Of a stretch of 46,072 nt of DNA, positions 10,704 to 19,760 are shown one piece after another. The notes under the pieces were generated by a model. The model did no database searches. It had not been told where the DNA came from and saw only the letters and a program-made list of their open reading frames with translations. Each line of letters begins with the position of its first letter. Positions within the stretch are counted from its first letter, which is position 1. Position numbers and translations under genes: made by a program. This stretch comes from Escherichia phage Jk06, in the sequence record DQ121662.1, one strand, 5' to 3'.

Positions 10704-11018
10704 TTAGACCTTTGCGCGCTGGCCCGCCAGAGCTTGCATGTAAGCATTAGTCAGTGCCAGAACGGATGCGGGGAACAGAGATACCAGCTCTTCGATGTTC
10801 TCGTCGTTAAATTCTTCTTCAAGGTTCCAGCCGCTGCAAATCTCTTTAACAAAGTCAAAATCCTTAAGGCCTTCGGTCTGGAATACTTCCTGAATCTCCT
10901 TAGCCTTACGGTGCTTGGCATTGAAGATAACCTCAGCTTCCTCGCCGTTGATCATCTGGAACTTAACCGGAAGCTTGAAATCAGGGAGCGCGCCTAATTT
11001 TAATTTGAATTTCGCCAT
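10704..11018 (-). CDS. tail assembly chaperone
   Basis: 104 aa ORF directly downstream of the major tail protein gene and upstream of the tape measure gene. Confidence 0.55.
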   Translation of the reverse strand: MAKFKLKLGALPDFKLPVKFQMINGEEAEVIFNAKHRKAKEIQEVFQTEGLKDFDFVKEICSGWNLEEEFNDENIEELVSLFPASVLALTNAYMQALAGQRAKV

Positions 11019-11061
11019 TTAAATAATCCTCTCGTGTTTGTTTGAGTTGAAATTATAACAT

Positions 11062-11086
11062 AAAAAAAGCCCCTGTGAAGGGGCTT
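11062..11086 (-). terminator. hairpin plus U-run after major tail protein gene
   Basis: AGCCCCTTCACAGGGGCT stem-loop followed by TTTTTTT on the minus strand. Confidence 0.5.
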
Positions 11087-11091
11087 GATTG

Positions 11092-11742
11092 TTATGCAGC
11101 CAGGAAGCTATAGCGTCCACGTACCGTAATTGCTACGGATACAGTTTCGATCTCGTTAACGGAAACGTTTGGAGTTTCGTTAAACGCGATAGTGCCAGTC
11201 CAAAGTCGAACTTCGCCAGCTTTAGGAACGTATGCACGAATCGCAATCAGCGCGCCAGACTCGTCGTAGTTGCGGAGTACCGGGTAGATCGGGTTGGTGA
11301 ACTCGTGAGCAAACGTATAGGTCGTGTTTACCGCTGACTTATAAGTTGGAATCTGCTGCTCACGGTCATCAGCCAGGCACTGATAAGTAACGAACTGCTG
11401 CTCTCCGCCATCAGTTGAAACGTCTTGAACACAAGGCATTTCATACCAGGTAAGAACCTTGTAGATCGATGCCGTTCCGCCAGCTGGGAACTGAAGCGGG
11501 TCAGTAGTGTCAATGCCTTCAACGGTAATTGTTGTAGCCGTTGATGTAACTACTCGCAACTGTTTCTCTGAAAGTTTAGACCATGAAGATGACTCAACAA
11601 CAATGAAGTCACCAGCTGCGAAAGTTGAAGCGTCATCTACCGTCATAACTGGCTGAGCTGCGTTAGTGATAGCCGTTACGGCTACCGATTCAGATTTAGA
11701 GCCTTGCAAAAAAATTTGTGTGCCATTGCTGAGATGGGCCAT
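11092..11742 (-). CDS. major tail protein
   Basis: 216 aa ORF in the position of a siphovirus major tail subunit, between neck genes and chaperones. Confidence 0.65.
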   Translation of the reverse strand: MAHLSNGTQIFLQGSKSESVAVTAITNAAQPVMTVDDASTFAAGDFIVVESSSWSKLSEKQLRVVTSTATTITVEGIDTTDPLQFPAGGTASIYKVLTWYEMPCVQDVSTDGGEQQFVTYQCLADDREQQIPTYKSAVNTTYTFAHEFTNPIYPVLRNYDESGALIAIRAYVPKAGEVRLWTGTIAFNETPNVSVNEIETVSVAITVRGRYSFLAA

Positions 11743-11756
11743 GTAAATCTCCTTAA

Positions 11757-12143
11757 TTAATCCATACGTACGTAGAATCGGACAGGAATGAACCAGCCGG
11801 ATTGCGATTTCACTGGAGGAAATACGGATCCGCCTTCATAAATGTATCCGCTGTCAAGCATTGTACCATCGGCGAAAGCTTCTGACAATCGCCCAGCCAA
11901 TTGGCGAGGTCTATCAGTCCCCTCACCTGGTGAAAAGAATATAGAGACCTGAACCATGCCTACGTAATACCTGCATGTTCGCTGCAATCCCCATGTCACA
12001 CTATCAACCTCCGTGTAATCAAACTTCAACCATGAACTTCCGTTTTTGGGTGGCGTGAATCCGCAGTTCTCGTAAGCAACTGGTAGACTGCCAGCAATAT
12101 CAACTGCCGCATCACTAACCAGTTTCCTTGCTGCAACCATCAT
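11757..12143 (-). CDS. tail completion / tail terminator protein (start chosen at the internal ATG at 12143)
   Basis: Track ORF 11757-12272 overlaps the upstream gene by 128 nt; the internal Met gives an ATGA-type junction with the upstream stop. Confidence 0.45.
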   Translation of the reverse strand: MMVAARKLVSDAAVDIAGSLPVAYENCGFTPPKNGSSWLKFDYTEVDSVTWGLQRTCRYYVGMVQVSIFFSPGEGTDRPRQLAGRLSEAFADGTMLDSGYIYEGGSVFPPVKSQSGWFIPVRFYVRMD

Positions 12144-12144
12144 T

Positions 12145-12573
12145 TCATAGTGCACGTTTAGCCTCCTGTACCGCCTCAGCAAAGTAACGGCCAAGCCTCT
12201 TTTGGACAACTCCAAGAACACCAGAAGGTGCCTGATTGGATGAACCAAACTCAAGACCTTGCGCATAATCAAGGCGGTTGCTAATGTAAATTACGTTCGT
12301 ATTGGCATCTCTGGCTAGTGCGTAAATTTGCCTACGAAGAGAGTTACGAGTCTCATTGCCATCAGGGTCGTAATTATTCAGCGACTGCGCGGCAGGTGAG
12401 TTGCCAGTGGCCTGCCAGTTACCCCTGAATCGACCCGTATCAACCGGAGATAGCTTAACGATGTCTTTGGTAGCCTTGGTTAGCGTGCCTTCCACAATCA
12501 ATTCTACTCCCTCTGTCACGCCATCAATCCATGCGTTAATTGAGTTCCTGAAACTAACAACGTCATTAGCCAT
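12145..12573 (-). CDS. head-tail joining (neck) protein
   Basis: 142 aa ORF in the neck module; position-based call. Confidence 0.4.
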   Translation of the reverse strand: MANDVVSFRNSINAWIDGVTEGVELIVEGTLTKATKDIVKLSPVDTGRFRGNWQATGNSPAAQSLNNYDPDGNETRNSLRRQIYALARDANTNVIYISNRLDYAQGLEFGSSNQAPSGVLGVVQKRLGRYFAEAVQEAKRAL

Positions 12574-12627
12574 ATGTTGCAGCCCTCCGCAGTACTGGCC
12601 TGTAGGCGATTACCGTTCCGGTCGGCT

Positions 12628-12942
12628 TCACTGGTCTAGGGTCAATGACTGTGTAGCTTCCTGGTCAATGTAGATGCGGTCGCCTTCCGATACAACTGAA
12701 TCAGCAGTAAAAATTCCGCGACGGTCACCGAACTTGATGATGTCACCGTCAATGTCTCTTGCTTTGAATTCACGAATAACACCCCGCACAGTGTAGGAAG
12801 TGCCTGGTGTGCGCACTTCATAGCCATTAACGATAGAGATGGCTGGCTGTGTCGTAGCTTCGAAAACTCCATCACCATCTGACAGGAGATTAATACCAGC
12901 CTTAATTTGCTGCTGCAAAAGTGCATGATTCATCGGCAGCAC
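12628..12942 (-). CDS. head-tail adaptor / head closure protein
   Basis: 104 aa ORF in the neck module; position-based call. Confidence 0.4.
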   Translation of the reverse strand: MLPMNHALLQQQIKAGINLLSDGDGVFEATTQPAISIVNGYEVRTPGTSYTVRGVIREFKARDIDGDIIKFGDRRGIFTADSVVSEGDRIYIDQEATQSLTLDQ

Positions 12943-13307
12943 CTCGACCCACCAGAGGTAATCAAGCCCCAGCGGCCAACCTTGAGACGCATCAAATCAA
13001 TGTAAAGCTTACCCCATGAGGATTCCTCAAGGTTTGATGAGCTAGCTGCGGCAGTGCTTGTATCGTAGCTAATCGTGTACTCGCCTGAAAGTGAGTAGGA
13101 CTTAACCCGCTCAGATGATGTCTGGCTTGAATCATTCTCAGTCTTAAGTGCAATATCCTGGCTAAGCAAGTGAAGAGTGTAGAATGCCAGTGCCTGAACC
13201 TGCTTGTCACCAAACTTGTCTAAGCAGATGAATAGCTTGGCTACCTCAATCCATGCGTTAAGAACATCATCAGGCTGACTCTTAAGAGGCGGGTAAAGCG
13301 TGCGCAT
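12930..13307 (-). CDS. head-tail connector protein
   Basis: 125 aa ORF in the neck module; position-based call. Confidence 0.4.
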   Translation of the reverse strand: MRTLYPPLKSQPDDVLNAWIEVAKLFICLDKFGDKQVQALAFYTLHLLSQDIALKTENDSSQTSSERVKSYSLSGEYTISYDTSTAAASSSNLEESSWGKLYIDLMRLKVGRWGLITSGGSRCCR

Positions 13308-13374
13308 GTACGCAATTACTTCTCATTCATGTGATATCTCCATACAATAAAGGACGCCGAAGCGCCCTTTTGGT

Positions 13375-13620
13375 TTATTTGTAGTCGCCGCCATTCTCAG
13401 CTTCATCAATAGTCTTTGGTTGCTTCTTGGGCTTAGCCTTGGCTTTAACTTCCTGCTCGATTTCTTTAGTTGCCTTGTGGTCATCCTCAACCTCAAGCTT
13501 ACCTTCAGCTACCAAAATCTTTAATCCAACTGATAACTCTTCAACCTCGATAGTTTCGCCTGGAAGGTAATCTTTTGCGCCAAGACGGATAACACAAGCA
13601 CCTTTATGTAACAGTTTCAT
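13375..13620 (-). CDS. hypothetical Lys/Glu-rich protein downstream of the capsid gene
   Basis: 81 aa ORF preceded by TATATAAT, a CAATCGAAACAAAGGAGG leader and an RBS. Confidence 0.4.
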   Translation of the reverse strand: MKLLHKGACVIRLGAKDYLPGETIEVEELSVGLKILVAEGKLEVEDDHKATKEIEQEVKAKAKPKKQPKTIDEAENGGDYK

Positions 13621-13666
13621 TTATTCCTCCTTTGTTTCGATTGTTTGATTATATAGCCATATAAAC

Positions 13667-13689
13667 AAAAATACCACCCCGAAGGGTGG
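13667..13689 (-). terminator. intrinsic terminator after major capsid gene
   Basis: CCACCCTTCGGGGTGG hairpin followed by a T-rich run on the minus strand. Confidence 0.55.
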
Positions 13690-13712
13690 TAAGTAGTAAG
13701 CAATAATTGCCA

Positions 13713-14659
13713 TTACGCGAAGGTGATGCCTTTCATTACAGCCATTGTCAAAGGACGATACACGATCAAGCCAGTTGCCTTAGAGGTTACTGGAATTTTG
13801 AAATGTAAATCCTTAGGCTGAGCTGGCAGCGCGTTAGTCGCTTCCGGAATCTCGATGGCCATGTTGTTAGGGTCTTTCTCATAAGCAATAGCAGCAGAGG
13901 TGCCAGTGCCATTGTAATCATTCAGGTACTGAACGAACTCAACAGTTACTCCGCTGTTGTTCTGGCGGAAGAACTCACCGTAGCTAACAGAGGTACCAGG
14001 AACCAGGTTCTGCATGATACGACGAGCGGTAGTAGGCAGAAGCAGGTGAGTTGCACGGTGCTGACCATTAGTTGAAGTCTCAATGATATCCAGCAGGCTT
14101 GTAATATCGCTTACTGCTGTAGTTGGTTGAGACCATGAGCCACCGCTAACAACGTTGTTGATATTTGGATAGTCGAACACACTCGGGATACCGTGAGCAG
14201 TAGAGCCTGACCATACCAGTTTATCAAGCAGCTTATCGTGAGCTTCGAAAGCAAGAGATTGCTTGCGAGTAGATAGTGACTGACCGGTAGCTTGACCAAC
14301 TTTAATTTCATCGATGGAAATCAAGAAAGCATTACCAAAACGGAAAACTTTACCCTGACGTTCAGTTGCTAAAGCGTCAACAAGTGGCAGGTCATCAGTG
14401 TAGTCAGCTACGATCTGAGCAATACCAACGCCATCAAATACCGGATACTCGAAGTACTTAGCATAGCCGGGAATTTCATTGCTTACAGGGAACAGGTTTA
14501 CTACGGAGTTCTGGTCGTACTCAGTTTCGTAAGCTTTATTCAGGCTTGCAGTTAGCTGCTTCACGGTCCAGATACCAGCCGCATCAGCCTTATCAACGCC
14601 CATAGCTCGCAGGTGGTTAGTAATCTTTTCTTGCTCGAAGCGTCAAGTTTGATAGTCAT
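13713..14659 (-). CDS. major capsid protein, frame change near 14600-14660
   Basis: 296 aa track ORF has capsid-like composition; ATG at 14659 with AAGGA RBS lies in a different frame 19 codons upstream of the track start. Confidence 0.8.
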
Positions 14660-14750
14660 ATTAAGATGCATCCTTTTGTTTATGAGTTTACGTGTCAATT
14701 ATACACGAGATTTTGGTTGGGACAATAGAGTAATCATTTCTCTATTGATT

Positions 14751-15587
14751 TTATGCATCAAGCCTTACTAGCTCTATGCATAGGGCTTGGTTTCCATTCA
14801 CAATGTATCCAGCTGTAAATAGATTTATGGTTGCTCTCCACATTGTGTCTGTTGTGGTTTCATAAAAACTAAGAGTGTATGGCCTGATACCTTGGAACTC
14901 TCCAATATCACCAAGAAGTACTGTGCCAGTTTCTGTTGATGTAGATATCGAAGTTCTTACCGTTGTGTTAGTGTAAACTCCAGTTTCATTGAACGCTTCA
15001 ATATTACCCCTTATAGTTCTAGCTGTAGTGCCATCATCAATCCAAGCCCTAATACTAAAACGAATGTTTGAATCCAGTCTTATCCCTATAGAAATATTGC
15101 TTAAAGGTGCTGGAAGCCTAATCATGTGATTAGTGCCTGTGTTTGGTGATGTTCTAACTTTAAGGAATGATCTTGACATCCCTGCGTCACCTTTATCGCC
15201 TTTAGGGCCAATTGGACCTTGAGGGCCAACCGGACCTTGTGGACCTGCTTCACCTGAACCTCCGCCCTCATCACTTACAAAATCACCTTTCGCCAGAGCT
15301 GAAATATAAGCGCCATCCTCGAAGTGGGCATTACCAAACCTTCGCCAGCCCTGTGCTAGATATCGGTTAACCCTGTTAACTAAACCCTGAATTGTGGTGT
15401 CTGATGTAACCATGAAGTCTTCAACGTTGTTTGCTGTTCCTTTTGCCATCTTCATGCCAAATAGGGTACCGCTCAGCATCTGCACGTCGCCATATGGCTG
15501 GAATCCTGATGAAATCATCATTTTTACGTTTCTGGCTAAGGTTTCAGGTGAATTACCTACTGCCATAGCAATTTCTGTGTAAGCCAT
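14751..15587 (-). CDS. collagen-like repeat protein (candidate head fibre / decoration protein)
   Basis: 278 aa ORF with G-X-Y run GEAGPQGPVGPQGPIGPKGDKGDAG between an N-terminal domain and a Thr/Ser/Asn-rich C-terminal domain; RBS AGGAG upstream. Confidence 0.6.
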   Translation of the reverse strand: MAYTEIAMAVGNSPETLARNVKMMISSGFQPYGDVQMLSGTLFGMKMAKGTANNVEDFMVTSDTTIQGLVNRVNRYLAQGWRRFGNAHFEDGAYISALAKGDFVSDEGGGSGEAGPQGPVGPQGPIGPKGDKGDAGMSRSFLKVRTSPNTGTNHMIRLPAPLSNISIGIRLDSNIRFSIRAWIDDGTTARTIRGNIEAFNETGVYTNTTVRTSISTSTETGTVLLGDIGEFQGIRPYTLSFYETTTDTMWRATINLFTAGYIVNGNQALCIELVRLDA

Positions 15588-15638
15588 CTTTATCTCCTGA
15601 TTGGTTAATAATCATTGACAGTCTAACAGTAAAGAGCA

Positions 15639-15662
15639 ATAAAAAACCTCCCGAAGGAGGTT
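15639..15662 (-). terminator. intrinsic terminator
   Basis: ACCTCCTTCGGGAGGT hairpin followed by a T-run on the minus strand, downstream of gene 15680-16147. Confidence 0.5.
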
Positions 15663-15679
15663 TGATTAAGCGTTTATAG

Positions 15680-16147
15680 TTATTTTTGGATAACCTGAAC
15701 CTCAACCAGTGCTGGCTCTCCAGATGCGGCATCAGCTGCCTGGAATCCACCTGCGAATGTCCAGTTAGTAGTTAAGGTGCCGCCGCTTGTTGCTAATCCA
15801 TTGGCATCAACGGTAACGGCGCTACCAAATGCAGGAGCTGCTGAAAGGCTAGTTGCCATCCAGATTCGACCGTGAGTCATTACGTTAGACACGGAGAAGT
15901 TGTCAACATCACCAGCAGAACCGCCATAAGTTCCCTTAGGAGACTCGTAATGCGACCTTACCAGGACGCCGTAAACATTACCAGATGCCGGAGCTACCAG
16001 CACCTTGTGACCATCAACAACAGAATCAACTCAACAGCAGTGCCAACATTGCGCACGAGAGCCCGAAGATGTTACACAGGCACCATCAATATTGTACAGA
16101 GAGGTATCTGCAACCATACCAGCAGTAGCTTGACGACGAATTGCCAT
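15680..16147 (-). CDS. hypothetical head-module protein (possible decoration protein), frame interrupted near 16000-16030
   Basis: ATG at 16147 with AAGGAG RBS opens a 38-codon frame that stops near 16030; track ORF 15680-16003 continues in another frame. Confidence 0.4.
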
Positions 16148-16158
16148 ATTAAGACTCC

Positions 16159-17268
16159 TTATTTTTTCAATTTAGCGAGGCGAGCGCGCGGGTCTAATTT
16201 CTTAGGCGCGTCGGCTGCGTCAGATTTATCCGCAGCAGCAACTGCTTTGCGGGCTTCGGCCATTTTATCACTATCTTTAGCGATATCAAAGGCTGCATCG
16301 ATGTATGCGTCAGATTTCTCAGCAACTTCAATACCAGACACTTCTTTAACGTAAGCAACTTTGATTGCTTTAGCATCCAGGCCATCACATTTAACGCCAG
16401 CTTCTGCGGCAACTGCGACCAGGGCAGCCATTTCGTCAGCATCAGTCTTAGCTTTGGCTAAAGCAGCTTCGATTTCAGCGGGGATGCCATCAACTTTAGC
16501 TTTCAGTGCGTCGCGCTCAGCTTCCAGAGTGTCAGCTTTAGCTTTAGCCTGCTCCGCATCAGCCTTAACAGCTTCGATATGCTTAGCAACTTCCGGGGCG
16601 ATTTCGAACTCCTGTTCGCCATCGAGTTTAATCTTAATCATCAATTTATCCTCTTTATTTGATTGAACGGTATCAGTATACGGGTTTTCCTGTTCCGCGT
16701 CCAGATTGAGTTTAGCAATACCTGCGCGACCTTTATATACGAGTGCGATATGATTAACAACGATATTCGTCTGTAGCGCATCAAAGCGTACCCAATCAGC
16801 AGGAATCTCATCCTGGCTTGCGTACTCTCCATCAAGCTTGTACTCACCCGTTTCATTACTACCCCAGCCAGGAGACTCAATGTCAACAGTGTTGTAGCCA
16901 ACAGAGAGCTCACCAGCAACGCCAGACTTGGCCTTCTCAATTGCTTCCTTGTCGTAAACGGTAAGAGGAACAATCACTGCAGAGTCCTGACGCATAGCTG
17001 AGCCAGACACAGAACCAACAACCACCTCTTTAGCATTTTCAGAGTTGACAACCACGTGGCCAAGAGTTAGCGGCTTACCCTGATAACTCTGCAGCGAATC
17101 GGCTTTAAAAACCTCTGAAGCCGGACGGAACTCTCGGCGCTCTGAACCATCTGGCATATAGTAGGTTTGTACACCTACGCGAGCAACCACTGGGGTGTCC
17201 ACGAGAAAACCGTTCTCATCGAAACGGGCTTTTACCTTGGCGCTATCATAACGCATTTTACTCTTCAT
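16159..17268 (-). CDS. scaffolding protein (possibly protease-scaffold fusion)
   Basis: 369 aa ORF with Ala/Lys/Glu/Asp-rich coiled-coil C-terminal half; located between minor head and capsid genes. Confidence 0.55.
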   Translation of the reverse strand: MKSKMRYDSAKVKARFDENGFLVDTPVVARVGVQTYYMPDGSERREFRPASEVFKADSLQSYQGKPLTLGHVVVNSENAKEVVVGSVSGSAMRQDSAVIVPLTVYDKEAIEKAKSGVAGELSVGYNTVDIESPGWGSNETGEYKLDGEYASQDEIPADWVRFDALQTNIVVNHIALVYKGRAGIAKLNLDAEQENPYTDTVQSNKEDKLMIKIKLDGEQEFEIAPEVAKHIEAVKADAEQAKAKADTLEAERDALKAKVDGIPAEIEAALAKAKTDADEMAALVAVAAEAGVKCDGLDAKAIKVAYVKEVSGIEVAEKSDAYIDAAFDIAKDSDKMAEARKAVAAADKSDAADAPKKLDPRARLAKLKK

Positions 17269-18022
17269 TAATTAAATTCTCCCATTTAGGAACAGCCCAG
17301 CAACGACACCCGTATTGCTGACCGGGGAATATCGCAAGGCCGTCAAGTTTTCCAGCGTCCGAACCATCTGATTTAAAGCTAACCCCCTCACGCAAAACGT
17401 GAGATGGTCGCTCTTTGTCGTCAAGTCTACCACGCCAAACATACTGAGATACACCGGCATCTTCAAGCCTTCTCCGCATAAGGTTTGAGTTTAGAGACCC
17501 TGTAATTCCAGCAGCGATATTTGCTGTTCTCTTTCTGTAGATTCGGTATCTATCATCAAGGTCAACAGTGTTACCAGCCTGCGCAGTAATGGCGTTGTTT
17601 ATGAAATCATCCTTGATGTTGTTTAGCAGCTTTGATGCACTTAACTGCGTGCCAACAATCCAGGAGTTCCTGGTGTCGAGCCACCATGGTTCATCCGCGT
17701 TAATACCATACAATCCTAGCGCAAGAACTACAGGATTATTCTTACCTCCGGAGTTGTTGGCCACCTTAAGGAATTGCGCCGAGTTATAACGATATATTGC
17801 TAGCGCCAGCGCAGGCAGAGTGGAAACAAAACCAGATAGCAGCGCTGAGATTGCATCTGAAAGGTCTGAATCTTCATCTTCAATCTCCTGCGCTGTGTCA
17901 ATTTTTAGCCTCTTTGCAGATAACTTCATTTGCTCAATAAGTTCAGATACCGCAACCAAAAGGCTGCGGTTAATCTGGCTCTCAATTATTTGCGGATACA
18001 TCCAGCGGGTCTTCTGATTCAT
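17258..18022 (-). CDS. minor head / head morphogenesis protein (Mu F-like, SPP1 gp7-like)
   Basis: 254 aa ORF ending with a GCRCWAVP-type Cys motif; directly downstream of the portal gene. Confidence 0.7.
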   Translation of the reverse strand: MNQKTRWMYPQIIESQINRSLLVAVSELIEQMKLSAKRLKIDTAQEIEDEDSDLSDAISALLSGFVSTLPALALAIYRYNSAQFLKVANNSGGKNNPVVLALGLYGINADEPWWLDTRNSWIVGTQLSASKLLNNIKDDFINNAITAQAGNTVDLDDRYRIYRKRTANIAAGITGSLNSNLMRRRLEDAGVSQYVWRGRLDDKERPSHVLREGVSFKSDGSDAGKLDGLAIFPGQQYGCRCWAVPKWENLINEE

Positions 18023-19255
18023 TAATTACAACCTCCGTTTGAATTGAGCCTTCACCAATCTTAACCTCAGTTGAAATTGCGCGCAACGTATCTCTTGCTT
18101 CGTCTGCGTCAATGATTCCAGCTGCAATCAATGCAGCAACTGAGTTAACATTCTTCTCAAGAATCTCAGATTTATCCTTGTCACTAACCTGCGATAGAGG
18201 GTTAAATTCTACTGACCACTCTTGCTCGGTTACGATGAACGGCAGCAGGAACTCAAGCAGAGGCAATAATTCAGCCTTTCGCTTACGGTCAACATAACCG
18301 TAGAAAGTCTCTAGAGCAGTGTTCTGGCTTGCTGACACACCACCAACATTCTTACCCTTAAGGATAATCTCATGAATACCGCTCAGAGCAACGATTCGAT
18401 CGAACTTCTGACTCAGAAATGTATCAATACCGCCAATATCTGAGTTGAGAACGTTGTACTCTTCACTATCCGCGTCAATCCCGATAGCCTGACCAACGCC
18501 ACTGTTATTATCCACTTGAGCCAGACGTAAACGAGCTGCTCCATCTGAATCATCACATAAGTCAGCAAGGCCTTTTGCTTTCCACACTCGCCTGCTGTTT
18601 ACGACGAAGTAACTGAGTAGCTCAGTCGCTCACAGTTCTGATAGTCGTCAATCGCGTCAATTAAGTCACTCAGTTATTACTGCTTGCGCTCCCAGCCATC
18701 GTTATTACGACGTAGGTTGTTAGGTACTCGCTCGCCATCAATGATGTGACAGCGTGTATAGTGCACATCGTAGAACGTTGCCGACCCGTTTGGCGTGATG
18801 CGGTAAGTTAATGGCTTACCAAAACGCGCGTTACGTGGATTCTCCTCGCGAGTCTGGACCTTAATTTGCTGCCGGTCGTATACACGAACCGTTTCAAGCT
18901 CCGCACCTTCACGAACCGGGCTGGTTAGCGCCCTTCCATCCTTCACAATTGCCACTACAGCAGCGCCACCGTATAGTCTCGCCCAGGCTAGTGCGTCGAT
19001 TACGTTATCTGAAAGGCCTAAATCATCCCATCGCGACCAGAATGCACCCTCATCATCAATGCCTTCAATGTTAAAGCCTGCGCCAAGCGCGACCTCTGGC
19101 ACGATATCAATAATTCGACGAACCAACGCACTACTGACGTAAAGCTGCTCAAGCTGTGCTGGAGCTGTCAGGCCAAGGCCGCCAAACTTTCCGTAAATCT
19201 CGCTACCATCAATCCCGTTAAGAAAGATGTTTGCGTAGCTATCTGCTTTTACCAT
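17982..19255 (-). CDS. portal protein, frame interrupted near 18590-18680
   Basis: Track ORFs 18677-19282 and 17982-18587 are contiguous; likely start MVKADSY at 19255 with RBS GGAG. Confidence 0.75.
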
Positions 19256-19270
19256 GTAATTTCTCCAATA

Positions 19271-19297
19271 AAAAAGCCCCATGTAGGGGCTAGTTTA
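19271..19297 (-). terminator. intrinsic terminator after moron gene, overlapping portal RBS
   Basis: AGCCCCTACATGGGGCT hairpin followed by TTTTTT on the minus strand. Confidence 0.55.
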
Positions 19298-19312
19298 TCA
19301 TAGCTTTTGTGA

Positions 19313-19687
19313 TTACTGGAATTTTACTTCGAACTTGATTGTGTCGCATTTTACGCCATCCTCATCAAGTTGATCTACAGTATAGCGCACATTCCCGAAC
19401 TCAATCATGTCAACCTCATGCTCGTTTATGTAATATCTAAGCCTTGGCTTTTTATCACCATAAGAAGCTGCACCAGCGCAGTCAGTCTCAGTCTCGAAAC
19501 TCTGATCGCCATCAAGGAGTTCGAACTTGTAGAATGCTCCGTTTTCTACAGCTCGATAGCAACCATCGTCGTCGTAAGTTGAGATGTAGCCATCTCCATG
19601 ATCTTCAATGTCATATTGCTTTCCAACAGTGAAGCCAGGATGCTTTTCATCAGCGCATCCGGTAAACGTAGCTTTTAAAGTTTTCAT
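19313..19687 (-). CDS. hypothetical acidic Cys-containing protein (moron between terminase and portal)
   Basis: 124 aa ORF with its own promoter module (19717-19760) and terminator (19271-19297). Confidence 0.5.
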   Translation of the reverse strand: MKTLKATFTGCADEKHPGFTVGKQYDIEDHGDGYISTYDDDGCYRAVENGAFYKFELLDGDQSFETETDCAGAASYGDKKPRLRYYINEHEVDMIEFGNVRYTVDQLDEDGVKCDTIKFEVKFQ

Positions 19688-19716
19688 TCTATTAACCTTC
19701 TCGTTTGTGTGAGGTG

Positions 19717-19760
19717 ATTATAAGCCATCCATGGCGATTATCTTTACCAATTCGTGCTAT
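19717..19760 (-). promoter_or_regulatory. promoter module variant (IR-like ATAGCACGAATTGGTAA, 22 nt, TATAAT)
   Basis: Reverse complement of 19744-19760 matches the repeated IR motif with one change; perfect TATAAT at 19717-19722 on the minus strand. Confidence 0.5.

Noticed and set aside
16361-16666. Plus-strand 101 aa Ala/Ser-rich ORF, and similar plus-strand ORFs at 8655-9161, 10008-10469, 15872-16354 and 37821-38141
   Set aside because: They lie antisense within well-supported minus-strand genes (scaffold, tape measure, helicase), lack RBSs and have low-complexity composition typical of shadow ORFs.
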